A stretch of 10,991 nt of DNA from positions 1 through 10,991 of the forward strand of contig JBGCDR010000005.1 of NCBI GenBank assembly GCA_045105515.1. Reading direction: 5' to 3'. This stretch comes from Oligoflexales bacterium (GTDB lineage: Bacteria; Bdellovibrionota_B; Oligoflexia; Oligoflexales; Bog-1112). Below are positions 1-8,276 of the stretch, in pieces. Within the stretch, counting starts at the first letter, position 1. Every line of letters starts with the position of its first letter. The translations under genes were made by a program, and so were the position numbers. Under the pieces are notes generated by a model. The model did no database searches. It worked only from the letters and a program-made list of their open reading frames with translations, and was not told the origin of the DNA.

Positions 1-574
1 AACTTAAGATTTTTCTCTTATTAGCTCTTAAACACATCTTAGGAAGGGGAATTTTGATGAAAATATTTTTTTCAAGCACAAATTTGTTTTGAATTCTGGA
101 CGGCAAGATTATTTTTGCATTTTCTTATTGAATTCAAGAAATGTATTCGAACAACTAGTGCAAAGTTTAATAAAGTGAGACATATATTTCCTCTAATCTA
201 TGCTTTATCTCTATTTAATTGATTATCTTATAGGACTTCTCTTTAACTGAGTATTGTGCGCTCCTTGCATACACGATCCTATATTCGACATAAGGTCATT
301 AAAACCTCAATTAATTATTTAAGCCGATAATATTATTGATATTTAGGAACGTAAAATTATTTGCTATACATAAACCAAAATAGAAAATCTACTTATTTAA
401 GGTGTAGTAGCATCTACGGAAATAAACTCTTTTAGCTCCTTTAGAGAAGCTACTTATGTACCACTTTTAAGATATATTCCTAGTCAAAGATGGGTAGATT
501 CTAGTCGAAGGCTTACACATCCTCACTCTTAATATTAAATGCCGAAATTCTAAGATAGAATTGCTAGTCGGTGT

Positions 575-1297
575 CTATAGATCAGTCAAGTCAATTTTTG
601 GGCTATTATTTCCAGGGCTAAGAAGCTTCGCTAGAAGTTCTTTGATCTCTTCATCCTTAGGCTCGGGAAGGTAGTGTTCAAACTTCTCTAAATGAGGTAA
701 CTGGGTCAAACCCTTGCTCTCCAAAGCCTTCCACATATCAATAGAGACTTTCCCAAGTAAACCGGCTAGCAAGGGACTCATAACTTGGCGATAACTTGAT
801 TTACCAACTGCAAGTTTCAGTTTGCGCAACACTACCATGTTAGGGTTCGCTCCAAAGTCTAGCAAGACCTTAGCAGCCTGTTCATTTCCATAAATCAATG
901 CAGCACTTAAGAGTGATCCACGTGGATAGTACATTTTATTTAAATTATGGATGTAAGCAGGGGCAACAGCAGTGGTATCAAAATTCGGATTTGTTTCTAA
1001 TTTTTTATTGGAAGTATAGGGTCTTTGATCTTTTGGAATCCAGATATTAACGATATGATTTATGTCAAAAGCCTTGCTATTTTTTGCTCTTCTCTTGTTA
1101 AACTCTAAAGCTTCATGTAAGAGTTCATTATAATTCTCTATGGGCACATTGTGATGCTTAAGGCAATGTAAAAAAGTATTTCGGTATTCGCTAGCTGTTT
1201 CAAAAGTACTAAATTTTTCTGTTTGCAAACAATCAGCAACCAAAACACCTGCAAACAAGTACAAAATGATGGCAGCTAAAAAAGCAGTAAACTTCAT
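575..1297 (-). CDS. Secreted hypothetical protein with 1-2 ankyrin-like repeats
   Basis: The ORF track gives 575..1312 (TTG start). ATG at 1297 is preferred: it has GGGGA a few nt upstream and opens a signal-peptide-like segment MKFTAFLAAIILYLFAGVLVA. There is an ankyrin-like segment GSLLSAALIYGNEQAAKVLLDFGANPN and a weaker second one, SPLLAGLLGKVSIDMWKALESKG. Confidence 0.7.
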   Translation of the reverse strand: MKFTAFLAAIILYLFAGVLVADCLQTEKFSTFETASEYRNTFLHCLKHHNVPIENYNELLHEALEFNKRRAKNSKAFDINHIVNIWIPKDQRPYTSNKKLETNPNFDTTAVAPAYIHNLNKMYYPRGSLLSAALIYGNEQAAKVLLDFGANPNMVVLRKLKLAVGKSSYRQVMSPLLAGLLGKVSIDMWKALESKGLTQLPHLEKFEHYLPEPKDEEIKELLAKLLSPGNNSPKIDLTDL

Positions 1298-1656
1298 AGT
1301 AGATCCCCACAAAAGTTAATTTAAAAAAGCACCCACTCGCTCAAAATAGATATATTGATAATTATTTCAATTATTAAAAATTGAACATTTTAAACCTGTG
1401 AGCTAAATTTAAAGATCTTGATATTTGTGTTAAAATTCGGATTTTAGTTTTATGTGTTTTTCTTGAGCTGCTCTATAGTAAATTTAAATTTAATCAAAAA
1501 AGTTCATTTTTTATATATTAAATTGATAATTTAGCCAGAATACATCCAAGCAACACTGCTCACAAATTTATGGGAAGCCAAAATTGAACCGATTGGCATA
1601 GAATGAGTCCCTATTCTAAATGTAAAAACACTAGACTATTTTGAGCGGATCAACCC

Positions 1657-2454
1657 ATGCACCCAAATAAGAATATCCATGAGAAAGAAAGCACTGCTAA
1701 ATTTAATTTACTGAATAATTATGTAAAAGATTTTTATGAATTGGGTTACTGCCTAATTCCTAATTTGTTTGATCAGTATGAAGTTATGCAAATCAGCAAT
1801 CATTTTGACAGACTGCAAAAAATAGCAAGTTCCCTCCATGCTACACAATACGTTAGAGGCACCCAGTTTGTTATTGAACGTGAGAGCATTCAACGGGTAG
1901 TTTGGTCTTGTTCCATTGAGCCTGAGTTGCAAAAATTAGGCACTGATTCAAGGATTTCCACCATTGTAGCAGCAATCCTTGGGTCCAGTAAATTTGATCA
2001 CCTCATCTGTCAAAACCATTTTAAACTCCCAGGTGATGATGTTGAGTTTGCATGGCATCAAGATACTGAGCACCGAAGATTTGGGACTGAATTATGGAAA
2101 GACGTCAATGGCAAGGGTAGCTATGTACAAACTGTTACAGCCATTGATGCTATGCACTTGAGCAATTCACCGATCATGGTAATTCCAAAAAGCTCTCATC
2201 TTGGACATCTAGCACTAAATGTCGGCAATAATCGGAAAAAATATGTGGATGAAACCAAGCTTGTTCCCATCGTTATGGAGCCAGGATCTGTCCTGTTCTT
2301 TGGACCATACCTTATCCATGGAAGCTTAAAAAACACTTCATCCCAAGCAAGGCGTGTATTTATAAATGGATTTTCTTATCCTGGAGCCAATACTCGTAAG
2401 TACCCTGGAAATGGATCAGGATACTCTCTAGACGTCAAACCCTCAAGCAATTAA
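1657..2454 (+). CDS. Phytanoyl-CoA dioxygenase (PhyH) family Fe(II)/2-oxoglutarate-dependent oxygenase
   Basis: 265-aa ORF with the family hallmarks: N-terminal FYELGYCLIPNLF, iron-binding WHQD, VIPKSS, MEPGSVLFF, distal His in IHGS..N.S...RR (2OG-binding Arg). Substrate unknown. Confidence 0.9.
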   Translation: MHPNKNIHEKESTAKFNLLNNYVKDFYELGYCLIPNLFDQYEVMQISNHFDRLQKIASSLHATQYVRGTQFVIERESIQRVVWSCSIEPELQKLGTDSRISTIVAAILGSSKFDHLICQNHFKLPGDDVEFAWHQDTEHRRFGTELWKDVNGKGSYVQTVTAIDAMHLSNSPIMVIPKSSHLGHLALNVGNNRKKYVDETKLVPIVMEPGSVLFFGPYLIHGSLKNTSSQARRVFINGFSYPGANTRKYPGNGSGYSLDVKPSSN

Positions 2455-2525
2455 CGATGCTTCTAATATATTCTTGCGCGACTTGTAGTCATTTAATAAA
2501 CTTACTCAAAAACTAGATCTAATAG

Positions 2526-2535
2526 TATAATCGAG
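2526..2535 (+). promoter_or_regulatory. Candidate -10 element (TATAATCGAG) for the FAD oxidoreductase gene
   Basis: Perfect TATAAT at 2526-2531, about 30 nt before the GTG start at 2561. AAGGA RBS-like sequence lies just upstream of the GTG. No good -35 element. Confidence 0.45.
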
Positions 2536-2560
2536 AAAATTTCTAAACAAGGATGAACCT

Positions 2561-3919
2561 GTGCCTGTAAACAATGATTACCTTTCGTGGGGTCGTGCTC
2601 ATCGCTTCGAACAAAGACCTAATAATCTTAGTTGGAGAAGCATCATAGACTTAGCAAACATCCCAGAGCCAATGCTTGCTCACGGACTAGGTAGGAGCTA
2701 TGGAGATAGCTGTCTTAATGCTTCAGGATCCTTGCTCCTCACCAAAGGCCTAGATCACATGATTGCCTTCGATCACAACACTGGCGTCCTAGAATGTGAG
2801 TCTGGAGTCAGTTTAAGTTCGATTTTGAATTTAATCGTGCCACACTCTTACTTTCTCCCTGTTAGTCCAGGAACTAAGTATGTGACCGTGGGAGGTGCAA
2901 TTGCAAACGATGTCCACGGTAAAAACCATCACGTAGCAGGTACTTTTGGGAAACACGTTCTAAGTTTTAAATTGCTACGTTCTAATGGAGAGGTACTAAA
3001 TTGCTCTCCAGAAGAAAATAGAGAACTATATGCAGCTACTATAGGCGGTATGGGACTTACAGGGCTTATGATCAGTGCCAAGATCAAATTAAAAAAAGCC
3101 CACCCAGTCATAAATCAAGAAATTATTAAATTCAATAGTTTAACCGAGCTTCAAGAAATTGAAAATTCCTCACAAAGCAAGTACGAATATACAGTATCGT
3201 GGATTGATACTTTGGCTGAAGGAAATCAGTTTGGTAGAGGGCTCTACTTTCGCGGTAATCACTCCGAGAATATTACAAGCAACCCTAGCCGGCACCTGCA
3301 TTCCAACCCCTTTTTTAAGGTTTTTTTTGATGCGCCAAGCTTTTTACTCAGTGATTTCAGCATAAAGATATTCAACTCCATGCTTTTCAACAAACAAAGG
3401 AGTGAAAAAAAACTACAAACTATATCCTATGACAGTTTTTTTTATCCCCTTGATTCGATAAAATCTTGGAATCGCTTATATGGAAAGCGAGGTCTATATC
3501 AGTATCAATTCGTGGTATCTTGCGACAACTTAGATTTTCTTAAAGAAATATTGCAGTTTTTGCAAAAAAGTAGACAAGCTTCGTTCCTGACTGTACTCAA
3601 GAAGTTTGGTTCTATAAGCTCCCCTGGCCTCATGTCCTTCCCTATACAGGGCTGGACACTTGCCTTAGATTTTCCCAATCGCGGAAGCTCTACCCTAAAG
3701 GTACTATTTGATCTTGATCGGATAATTTCTGGTATGAATGGCCGACTATACCCAGCAAAGGATGGGCATATGCCTGCATCTATGTTTCAAGCTTCTTACC
3801 CTAATTGGGAAGAATTCAAAAAGTACCTGGATCCACAGTTTTCATCTAACTTCTGGAGACGCGTATGCACACCAGCAAAGAATGAAGCTCTATATGAGAC
3901 TGCTTCACTTAGCATTTAA
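2561..3919 (+). CDS. FAD-binding oxidoreductase, DprE1 (decaprenylphosphoryl-ribose 2'-oxidase)-like, VAO/PCMH flavoprotein family
   Basis: 452-aa ORF with GLGRSYGD, PVSPGTKYVTVGGAIANDVHGKNHH, ATIGGMGLTG, FFYPLD, LYQYQFVV, SFLTVLKKFG, SFPIQGWTLALDFP and GRLYPAKD, all characteristic of DprE1 homologues. Confidence 0.9.
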   Translation: MPVNNDYLSWGRAHRFEQRPNNLSWRSIIDLANIPEPMLAHGLGRSYGDSCLNASGSLLLTKGLDHMIAFDHNTGVLECESGVSLSSILNLIVPHSYFLPVSPGTKYVTVGGAIANDVHGKNHHVAGTFGKHVLSFKLLRSNGEVLNCSPEENRELYAATIGGMGLTGLMISAKIKLKKAHPVINQEIIKFNSLTELQEIENSSQSKYEYTVSWIDTLAEGNQFGRGLYFRGNHSENITSNPSRHLHSNPFFKVFFDAPSFLLSDFSIKIFNSMLFNKQRSEKKLQTISYDSFFYPLDSIKSWNRLYGKRGLYQYQFVVSCDNLDFLKEILQFLQKSRQASFLTVLKKFGSISSPGLMSFPIQGWTLALDFPNRGSSTLKVLFDLDRIISGMNGRLYPAKDGHMPASMFQASYPNWEEFKKYLDPQFSSNFWRRVCTPAKNEALYETASLSI

Positions 3920-4873
3920 GGTTGGACCAAATTTCTTAACCAAAACTTTAAATCTAGCTTCTTGAGACAAAGCCCGCAAGCTTTCCAGATTTTTTTCTCG
4001 AAGGTACCTTTTATTATGCAGATAATATTCAATTTCGGCTAGATTTCTTAAACCAACTAAATGTTTGATATTTGGAATCCTAACCTTAATTTCCTGACGG
4101 AAGGACTTCGTCCAAAAGGAACCTTGTATATAGCGTATTGCCATTGCTATCATGCCTGTTCGATGCCTGCCTCCAGTACAATGGAACAATACAGGATCAC
4201 GACTTTCCAAAACCAGTTTCAATATAAAATAGAAGTTATCTTTTTTTGCAACAATATGCTCGCCAGTTCCGGATTTTCGAATTTGTGCTTCAAAGTATTT
4301 TTTGATATCTTGGTCAACATAAGCGTCAATGGGAAAGGCAAGGCTGTCATTAACTACATCCTGTCCACTCAAATAAACGGGTGAGTTTAATGGATGATAG
4401 AAACTCACCTCGGGCCTAGCTCCAAATTTTGAGAAAATTTGACTCTCCTCAAACGCAAAGACTCCATCTTCTATGCGAAGTGAAGCCCCAAAACCATACA
4501 ATCCCCCACTTAGATTGCTTGGTTGCTTATACCCTTGCTTGTTCATAAAAATAACGAGGTTTGGAATTAGGAGATTATTTTCCTGGAGAAAAGAGAATAA
4601 CTCCCGAGTGCCGAGTTCTCCGAGTGCTTTTGATCGGTAGAGACGATGCCGGCTATTATTGACCACAACACCAAAATTATATTTACGAAATGAAAATTGA
4701 TCGACGGAAAATTTCTTAAAATGACTTTTAACTTCTGCAACTGTTTTTAGATCCCACAGGCCGCCCCCATCAATCATTTCCCAATCTTGTTCGGCTATTA
4801 CAGGGTTATGCTTGACTAGGAAGATGAGAAAAAGGCTGGAAAAAATAAAGCTATTCATAATTCGAATTTTCAT
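3905..4873 (-). CDS. Putative secreted cysteine-based (PTP/dual-specificity superfamily) phosphatase
   Basis: P-loop PVLFHCTGGRHRTG (CX5R, 4154-4183) and an upstream LYRS motif typical of atypical DSP/Y_phosphatase2-3 proteins. The ORF track starts at 4912 (TTG). ATG at 4873 is preferred because AAGAGG precedes it and it opens a basic+hydrophobic leader MKIRIMNSFIFSSLFLIFLVKHNPVIA. Confidence 0.8.
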   Translation of the reverse strand: MKIRIMNSFIFSSLFLIFLVKHNPVIAEQDWEMIDGGGLWDLKTVAEVKSHFKKFSVDQFSFRKYNFGVVVNNSRHRLYRSKALGELGTRELFSFLQENNLLIPNLVIFMNKQGYKQPSNLSGGLYGFGASLRIEDGVFAFEESQIFSKFGARPEVSFYHPLNSPVYLSGQDVVNDSLAFPIDAYVDQDIKKYFEAQIRKSGTGEHIVAKKDNFYFILKLVLESRDPVLFHCTGGRHRTGMIAMAIRYIQGSFWTKSFRQEIKVRIPNIKHLVGLRNLAEIEYYLHNKRYLREKNLESLRALSQEARFKVLVKKFGPTLNAK

Positions 4874-5029
4874 TTTTTGCCTCTTAAGATTCATAGAATA
4901 ATTCCTATCCAAATAAGCGGTTCTCTCTTAAATACAAAATATTTTAATTAAATTCAAATCTTATACCAAGATCAATGAATTGGATTAAAAATATAAGAAA
5001 CTAGCTCACCACTTCATGGGGAACTGAGT

Positions 5030-5038
5030 ATTATACCA
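5030..5038 (-). promoter_or_regulatory. Candidate extended -10 promoter (TGGTATAAT) for the phosphatase gene
   Basis: The minus strand reads TG-G-TATAAT in the intergenic region upstream of the phosphatase ORF. No clear -35 element. Confidence 0.45.
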
Positions 5039-5138
5039 TATATTTATACTTGTATTTGGTGAGAAATATTTAAGTGTATATGAAATTCCGCAAGCTTAAC
5101 CAGTATACGCCAGGATAAGCAGGCTTATGATCCTAGCT

Positions 5139-5879
5139 TTATTGAACTGTAACCTGTAGAACTTGGTAATCGAAAAAACGCGATTTTTGCGGGAATATTG
5201 CAATTACTATGGTCTGTTCTCCAGCAATGGCCTCACTCCATTCGGTTTCTAAGGCGAGGCTATTCTTTACGGTACCAGAGCTGATAAACCATAGTGATTT
5301 AATCCGTTCAGCTTGTGGTTTTTCCACCTGAGACTTAAGTGTGTATGGCTGAGGAATTTGTTCCGTATCACCAGGAGTATCAACGGTCAAGCTAGGTGCA
5401 GTCCATTGTAAAGCAGGGTCATCAGCGGCTACTGAAAGAATATCGCCAATAATAATTTCTTCTTCTCCTTCAGAGACTAAGCGGACTCCATAACGCATTT
5501 TTGCGACACCATTGAGCTGCGTCAAAACACTAGGAGGGATTGCAGTGGTATCAACGGTAGCACTTTTTGTATATATAGTTAGGGCCCCTTTTTCGGTATA
5601 GGTCTCCCCATCTTGTAAATTAATTGTCAGACGCAAAAAATCTTGGACAGTATCATCCACAAAAGGCTCAACAGTATCAATAGTCTTTCCAGCAGGCAGT
5701 ACTGCCACAATTTCTAGGCTTACAGTATCAACTCCACTCACAATAGGTTTATCTGCCTTAATTCCTACAGCCCGCAATTTATTCACTAATTCGAACTTTT
5801 CTTCTTCGTCGTTGCAAGAACCCAATATGCCGGCAAAAGGTATACAAACCAGAATTATAAGAGTAAATTTCAAGATCAT
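5139..5879 (-). CDS. Putative lipoprotein, partner of the TonB-dependent receptor
   Basis: 246-aa ORF with a hydrophobic leader ending in lipobox LGS-C (Cys22, codon 5814-5816) followed by acidic NDEEE. The mature part looks beta-rich. Its ATG directly abuts the receptor's stop codon (TAA-ATG). Confidence 0.8.
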   Translation of the reverse strand: MILKFTLIILVCIPFAGILGSCNDEEEKFELVNKLRAVGIKADKPIVSGVDTVSLEIVAVLPAGKTIDTVEPFVDDTVQDFLRLTINLQDGETYTEKGALTIYTKSATVDTTAIPPSVLTQLNGVAKMRYGVRLVSEGEEEIIIGDILSVAADDPALQWTAPSLTVDTPGDTEQIPQPYTLKSQVEKPQAERIKSLWFISSGTVKNSLALETEWSEAIAGEQTIVIAIFPQKSRFFDYQVLQVTVQ

Positions 5880-8102
5880 TTAGAACTCTCCAGATATTTC
5901 AAAATAAGGAATAGGGGGCAGACCTTCCAAATAGTCTTTTTTACTGTAATCATAGTTGTAGGTCACCTGGTATGCAGGACTTTCCGCCGAAATATATTCC
6001 ACACCAACGCGGTATTTAAGCTTAGAATAATCAAACAGCTGCTCATAAGAGGTATAGATATCTAACTGATGCCAGTTTGGTAACCTTTCACCATTGATTC
6101 TATTTTCGTCATAGCGAGGTTGGTACTTATTCAAGCCAGCATTGTAGACCGCACCGTTGACTGGTGTATAGACGTCTCCGGTATGATAGTTTAAGCGTCC
6201 ACCTAGAGTCCATTGTCCCGTTATATTATAGGCTGAAACAATATTGAGAACATGAGTTTGATCATACTGGGAAGGGAGCCAAGGATCATCTTCACTTTGT
6301 TTTTCCTCGGTCTTTGACCAAGTATACGATAACCACCCGAACCAGCGATCAGTGAGGTTTTTACGTACAAATATCTCAGCACCGCGACTAAGTAAGGAGC
6401 CACTATTAAGATAACGGTCAATGGGGTCTGATCTTACAACATCTCGGTTCTGTTTGTAATAAAGTTGGAATTCGGTAGACCAATCCTGCCCCCAAGATTT
6501 GTTAAGTCCAAGGATGTAATGGCTGGATCGTTCGAAATCAAGATCAGGGTTACCAAAATCTTCTGCGCTTTCCTGGGGCTGAGGACTAGCTGAGTATTGG
6601 CCTACTGCAGCTTTTACTTCCATATCAGAGCTTACTTCCCACAAAATCAAGAGCCGAGGGTCATAGCCATTTTTTTTAATTGAAGCATCATTAAAGACCC
6701 TGATACCTGGCGTGATAGTGAGAGGCCCAAGGCCGAGGTCAGCAGAAGACCATGCCGCTCCAGTAAACGCATTTGCTTCTAACTCTGTTTCTATCAAAGG
6801 CGCATCCTCAAAATCCACAAAAGGATCATCTTGATTAATACGCCTAGCTACCAAAGCAACTTTTGCAGCTTGATACATGCCTTCAATACCGAGAAATAGT
6901 TTCTTTTTCTTACCGATTCTTTTTTGAAACTCTAACGGCATTTTAAAAACATTAGCTCTGATATCTATATAGTTGTCCACAAACCTTTGATCTATATGAC
7001 TATAGACTATGTTAGGGTTAGCCACATACCTCCAGCCATTTCCTAATCGCATAGAGCGCTCCAGACCTAGAGCTCCAAAGTAATTGCGAATGTTGAAACT
7101 GATGGTGCCATTGTCTTCTGCATCCTCAGTACCACCTATTACCAGTTCCAGAGCATCTAGAGAACTTAAGGAAATAAGCTTGGTATACCCCTCATCTGTG
7201 ACTTTTAAATAGCGTAGGTGAGAATCATAAAAAACTGGAACAATGAGGCTGTCTTCCGATACATTTTTAATAAAGAATTCCAAGTAACTTCGGCGCACTG
7301 ATGCCGACATTGATTCATCCTCTGAGAGAGGCCTTTCATGATAAATACTGGATAACAATGGTAAATTCACGGTAAATTCTGTCTTTGGTTCTGTTGCCAA
7401 CTCCCCAGAAGTCTCAATGACAACTACACCTCCAGTGGCATTTCCATAGCTTGAACTAAAACCACCGGATAAAAAATTAACCTTCTCAATTAGGTTTTTT
7501 GGCAAAATAGAAATTCCACCAATACTGTGAAAAATAAAAGGAACTTCAATACCATCAACAAAATAAGAACTATCCTCAGGTGCTGAACCTCTAACCACAA
7601 CATCAGGGCTAAACCCTGATGTCTGTACTCCAGGAAGCAGCTTTGCTATTTGTACCGGATCTCCACGTGGAGCAACTTCTTTAGCTTCAGCAATTGAAAC
7701 CTGCTTTTCGGAAACTTCTTTCTTGCCACGACCTGTAACCAAAACCTGATTTTGTTTTATATCAGGATAGAGAAAGACTTCGTTGGTATCTGTAGCACTG
7801 ATTTCATCCCTACTTAAACTTAGGCTAGTATAACCAGACCGATAAAACTCGAATTTAGCAAAATCAGGATTGTTCGGTATTGTTGCAGATCCCTTTGGGT
7901 CGGAATAGTACACTTCCGTACCAGTACGGACCTCAACCCTTTTTAAGAGTTTACCTGAACCTTTTTCCTTAAAAAGAAAAAATATATTTTCTACTTGAGT
8001 TTGGGTGCTACTCCTCTGATTCACCGGTGTATCCTGACAAAAAGCAGGATCCACGTGGAGTAAAATTAGGGACGATAGAAAATAAATAAGCGTGGTTTTC
8101 AT
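5880..8102 (-). CDS. TonB-dependent outer-membrane receptor
   Basis: 740 aa. Signal peptide; N-terminal extension resembling a carboxypeptidase-regulatory-like domain; TonB-box-like QVLVTG; plug motifs LLPGV, VVRGS, YFVDG, IEKVNFLSGGFSSSYGNATGGVVVIET; barrel motifs LTITPGIR, GNPDLDFERS, GWLSYTWSK; C-terminal Phe (EISGEF). Confidence 0.93.
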   Translation of the reverse strand: MKTTLIYFLSSLILLHVDPAFCQDTPVNQRSSTQTQVENIFFLFKEKGSGKLLKRVEVRTGTEVYYSDPKGSATIPNNPDFAKFEFYRSGYTSLSLSRDEISATDTNEVFLYPDIKQNQVLVTGRGKKEVSEKQVSIAEAKEVAPRGDPVQIAKLLPGVQTSGFSPDVVVRGSAPEDSSYFVDGIEVPFIFHSIGGISILPKNLIEKVNFLSGGFSSSYGNATGGVVVIETSGELATEPKTEFTVNLPLLSSIYHERPLSEDESMSASVRRSYLEFFIKNVSEDSLIVPVFYDSHLRYLKVTDEGYTKLISLSSLDALELVIGGTEDAEDNGTISFNIRNYFGALGLERSMRLGNGWRYVANPNIVYSHIDQRFVDNYIDIRANVFKMPLEFQKRIGKKKKLFLGIEGMYQAAKVALVARRINQDDPFVDFEDAPLIETELEANAFTGAAWSSADLGLGPLTITPGIRVFNDASIKKNGYDPRLLILWEVSSDMEVKAAVGQYSASPQPQESAEDFGNPDLDFERSSHYILGLNKSWGQDWSTEFQLYYKQNRDVVRSDPIDRYLNSGSLLSRGAEIFVRKNLTDRWFGWLSYTWSKTEEKQSEDDPWLPSQYDQTHVLNIVSAYNITGQWTLGGRLNYHTGDVYTPVNGAVYNAGLNKYQPRYDENRINGERLPNWHQLDIYTSYEQLFDYSKLKYRVGVEYISAESPAYQVTYNYDYSKKDYLEGLPPIPYFEISGEF

Positions 8103-8128
8103 GGTTTTTCCCAGATTGTGATGGCAGC

Positions 8129-8140
8129 TCGATTATAACA
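8129..8140 (-). promoter_or_regulatory. Candidate extended -10 promoter (TGTTATAATCGA) for the TonB-dependent receptor operon
   Basis: The minus strand reads TG-T-TATAAT (hexamer 8132-8137), about 30 nt upstream of the ATG at 8102. Confidence 0.55.
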
Positions 8141-8202
8141 GAAGTTACTAAGTGAAAAAATTCTTTTTAAGATTCCATTACAGCCCCGTTAATGGACTTG
8201 GA

Positions 8203-8231
8203 TTGACCAGCCGGCCAGTTTTTTTTATAAT
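8203..8231 (+). promoter_or_regulatory. Sigma70-type promoter TTGACC-N17-TATAAT
   Basis: TTGACC at 8203-8208, a 17-nt spacer, and TATAAT at 8226-8231, upstream of the 8277 start. Confidence 0.7.
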
Positions 8232-8276
8232 CGATGAGAAACCTAGCAAAACGGTTCAACAAAGAAGGTGATCAAT

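Noticed and set aside
400..455. Small hairpins (GTAG..CTAC; TAGCT..AGCTA) as a terminator or ncRNA
   Set aside because: Short imperfect stems, no convincing U-tract, and no recognisable RNA family.
1334..1351. ATTGATAATTATTTCAAT, Fur/FNR-like imperfect palindrome upstream of the ankyrin-like gene
   Set aside because: The spacing fits neither the Fur 7-1-7 nor the FNR TTGAT-N4-ATCAA consensus, and such matches are expected in very AT-rich DNA.
1594..1608. TGGCA possible sigma54 -24 element upstream of PhyH
   Set aside because: The -12 position reads GT instead of the required GC.
1979..2161. 60-aa alternative-frame ORF inside the PhyH gene
   Set aside because: Fully nested in a well-supported CDS, with no recognisable motif.
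2929..3965. Short ORFs 2929-3111 (-), 3159-3365 (+) and 3738-3965 (+)
   Set aside because: Shadow ORFs overlapping the conserved DprE1-like gene, with no motifs.
4061..4384. 107-aa ORF antisense to the phosphatase
   Set aside because: It overlaps the catalytic region on the opposite strand and has no protein-family features.
6221..6421. 66-aa alternative-frame ORF within the TonB-dependent receptor
   Set aside because: Nested in the barrel-coding region, with no independent support.
3905..8102. Three-gene receptor-lipoprotein-phosphatase operon
   Set aside because: The genes are co-oriented, but the gap exceeds 200 nt and has its own extended -10, so co-transcription is unsupported.
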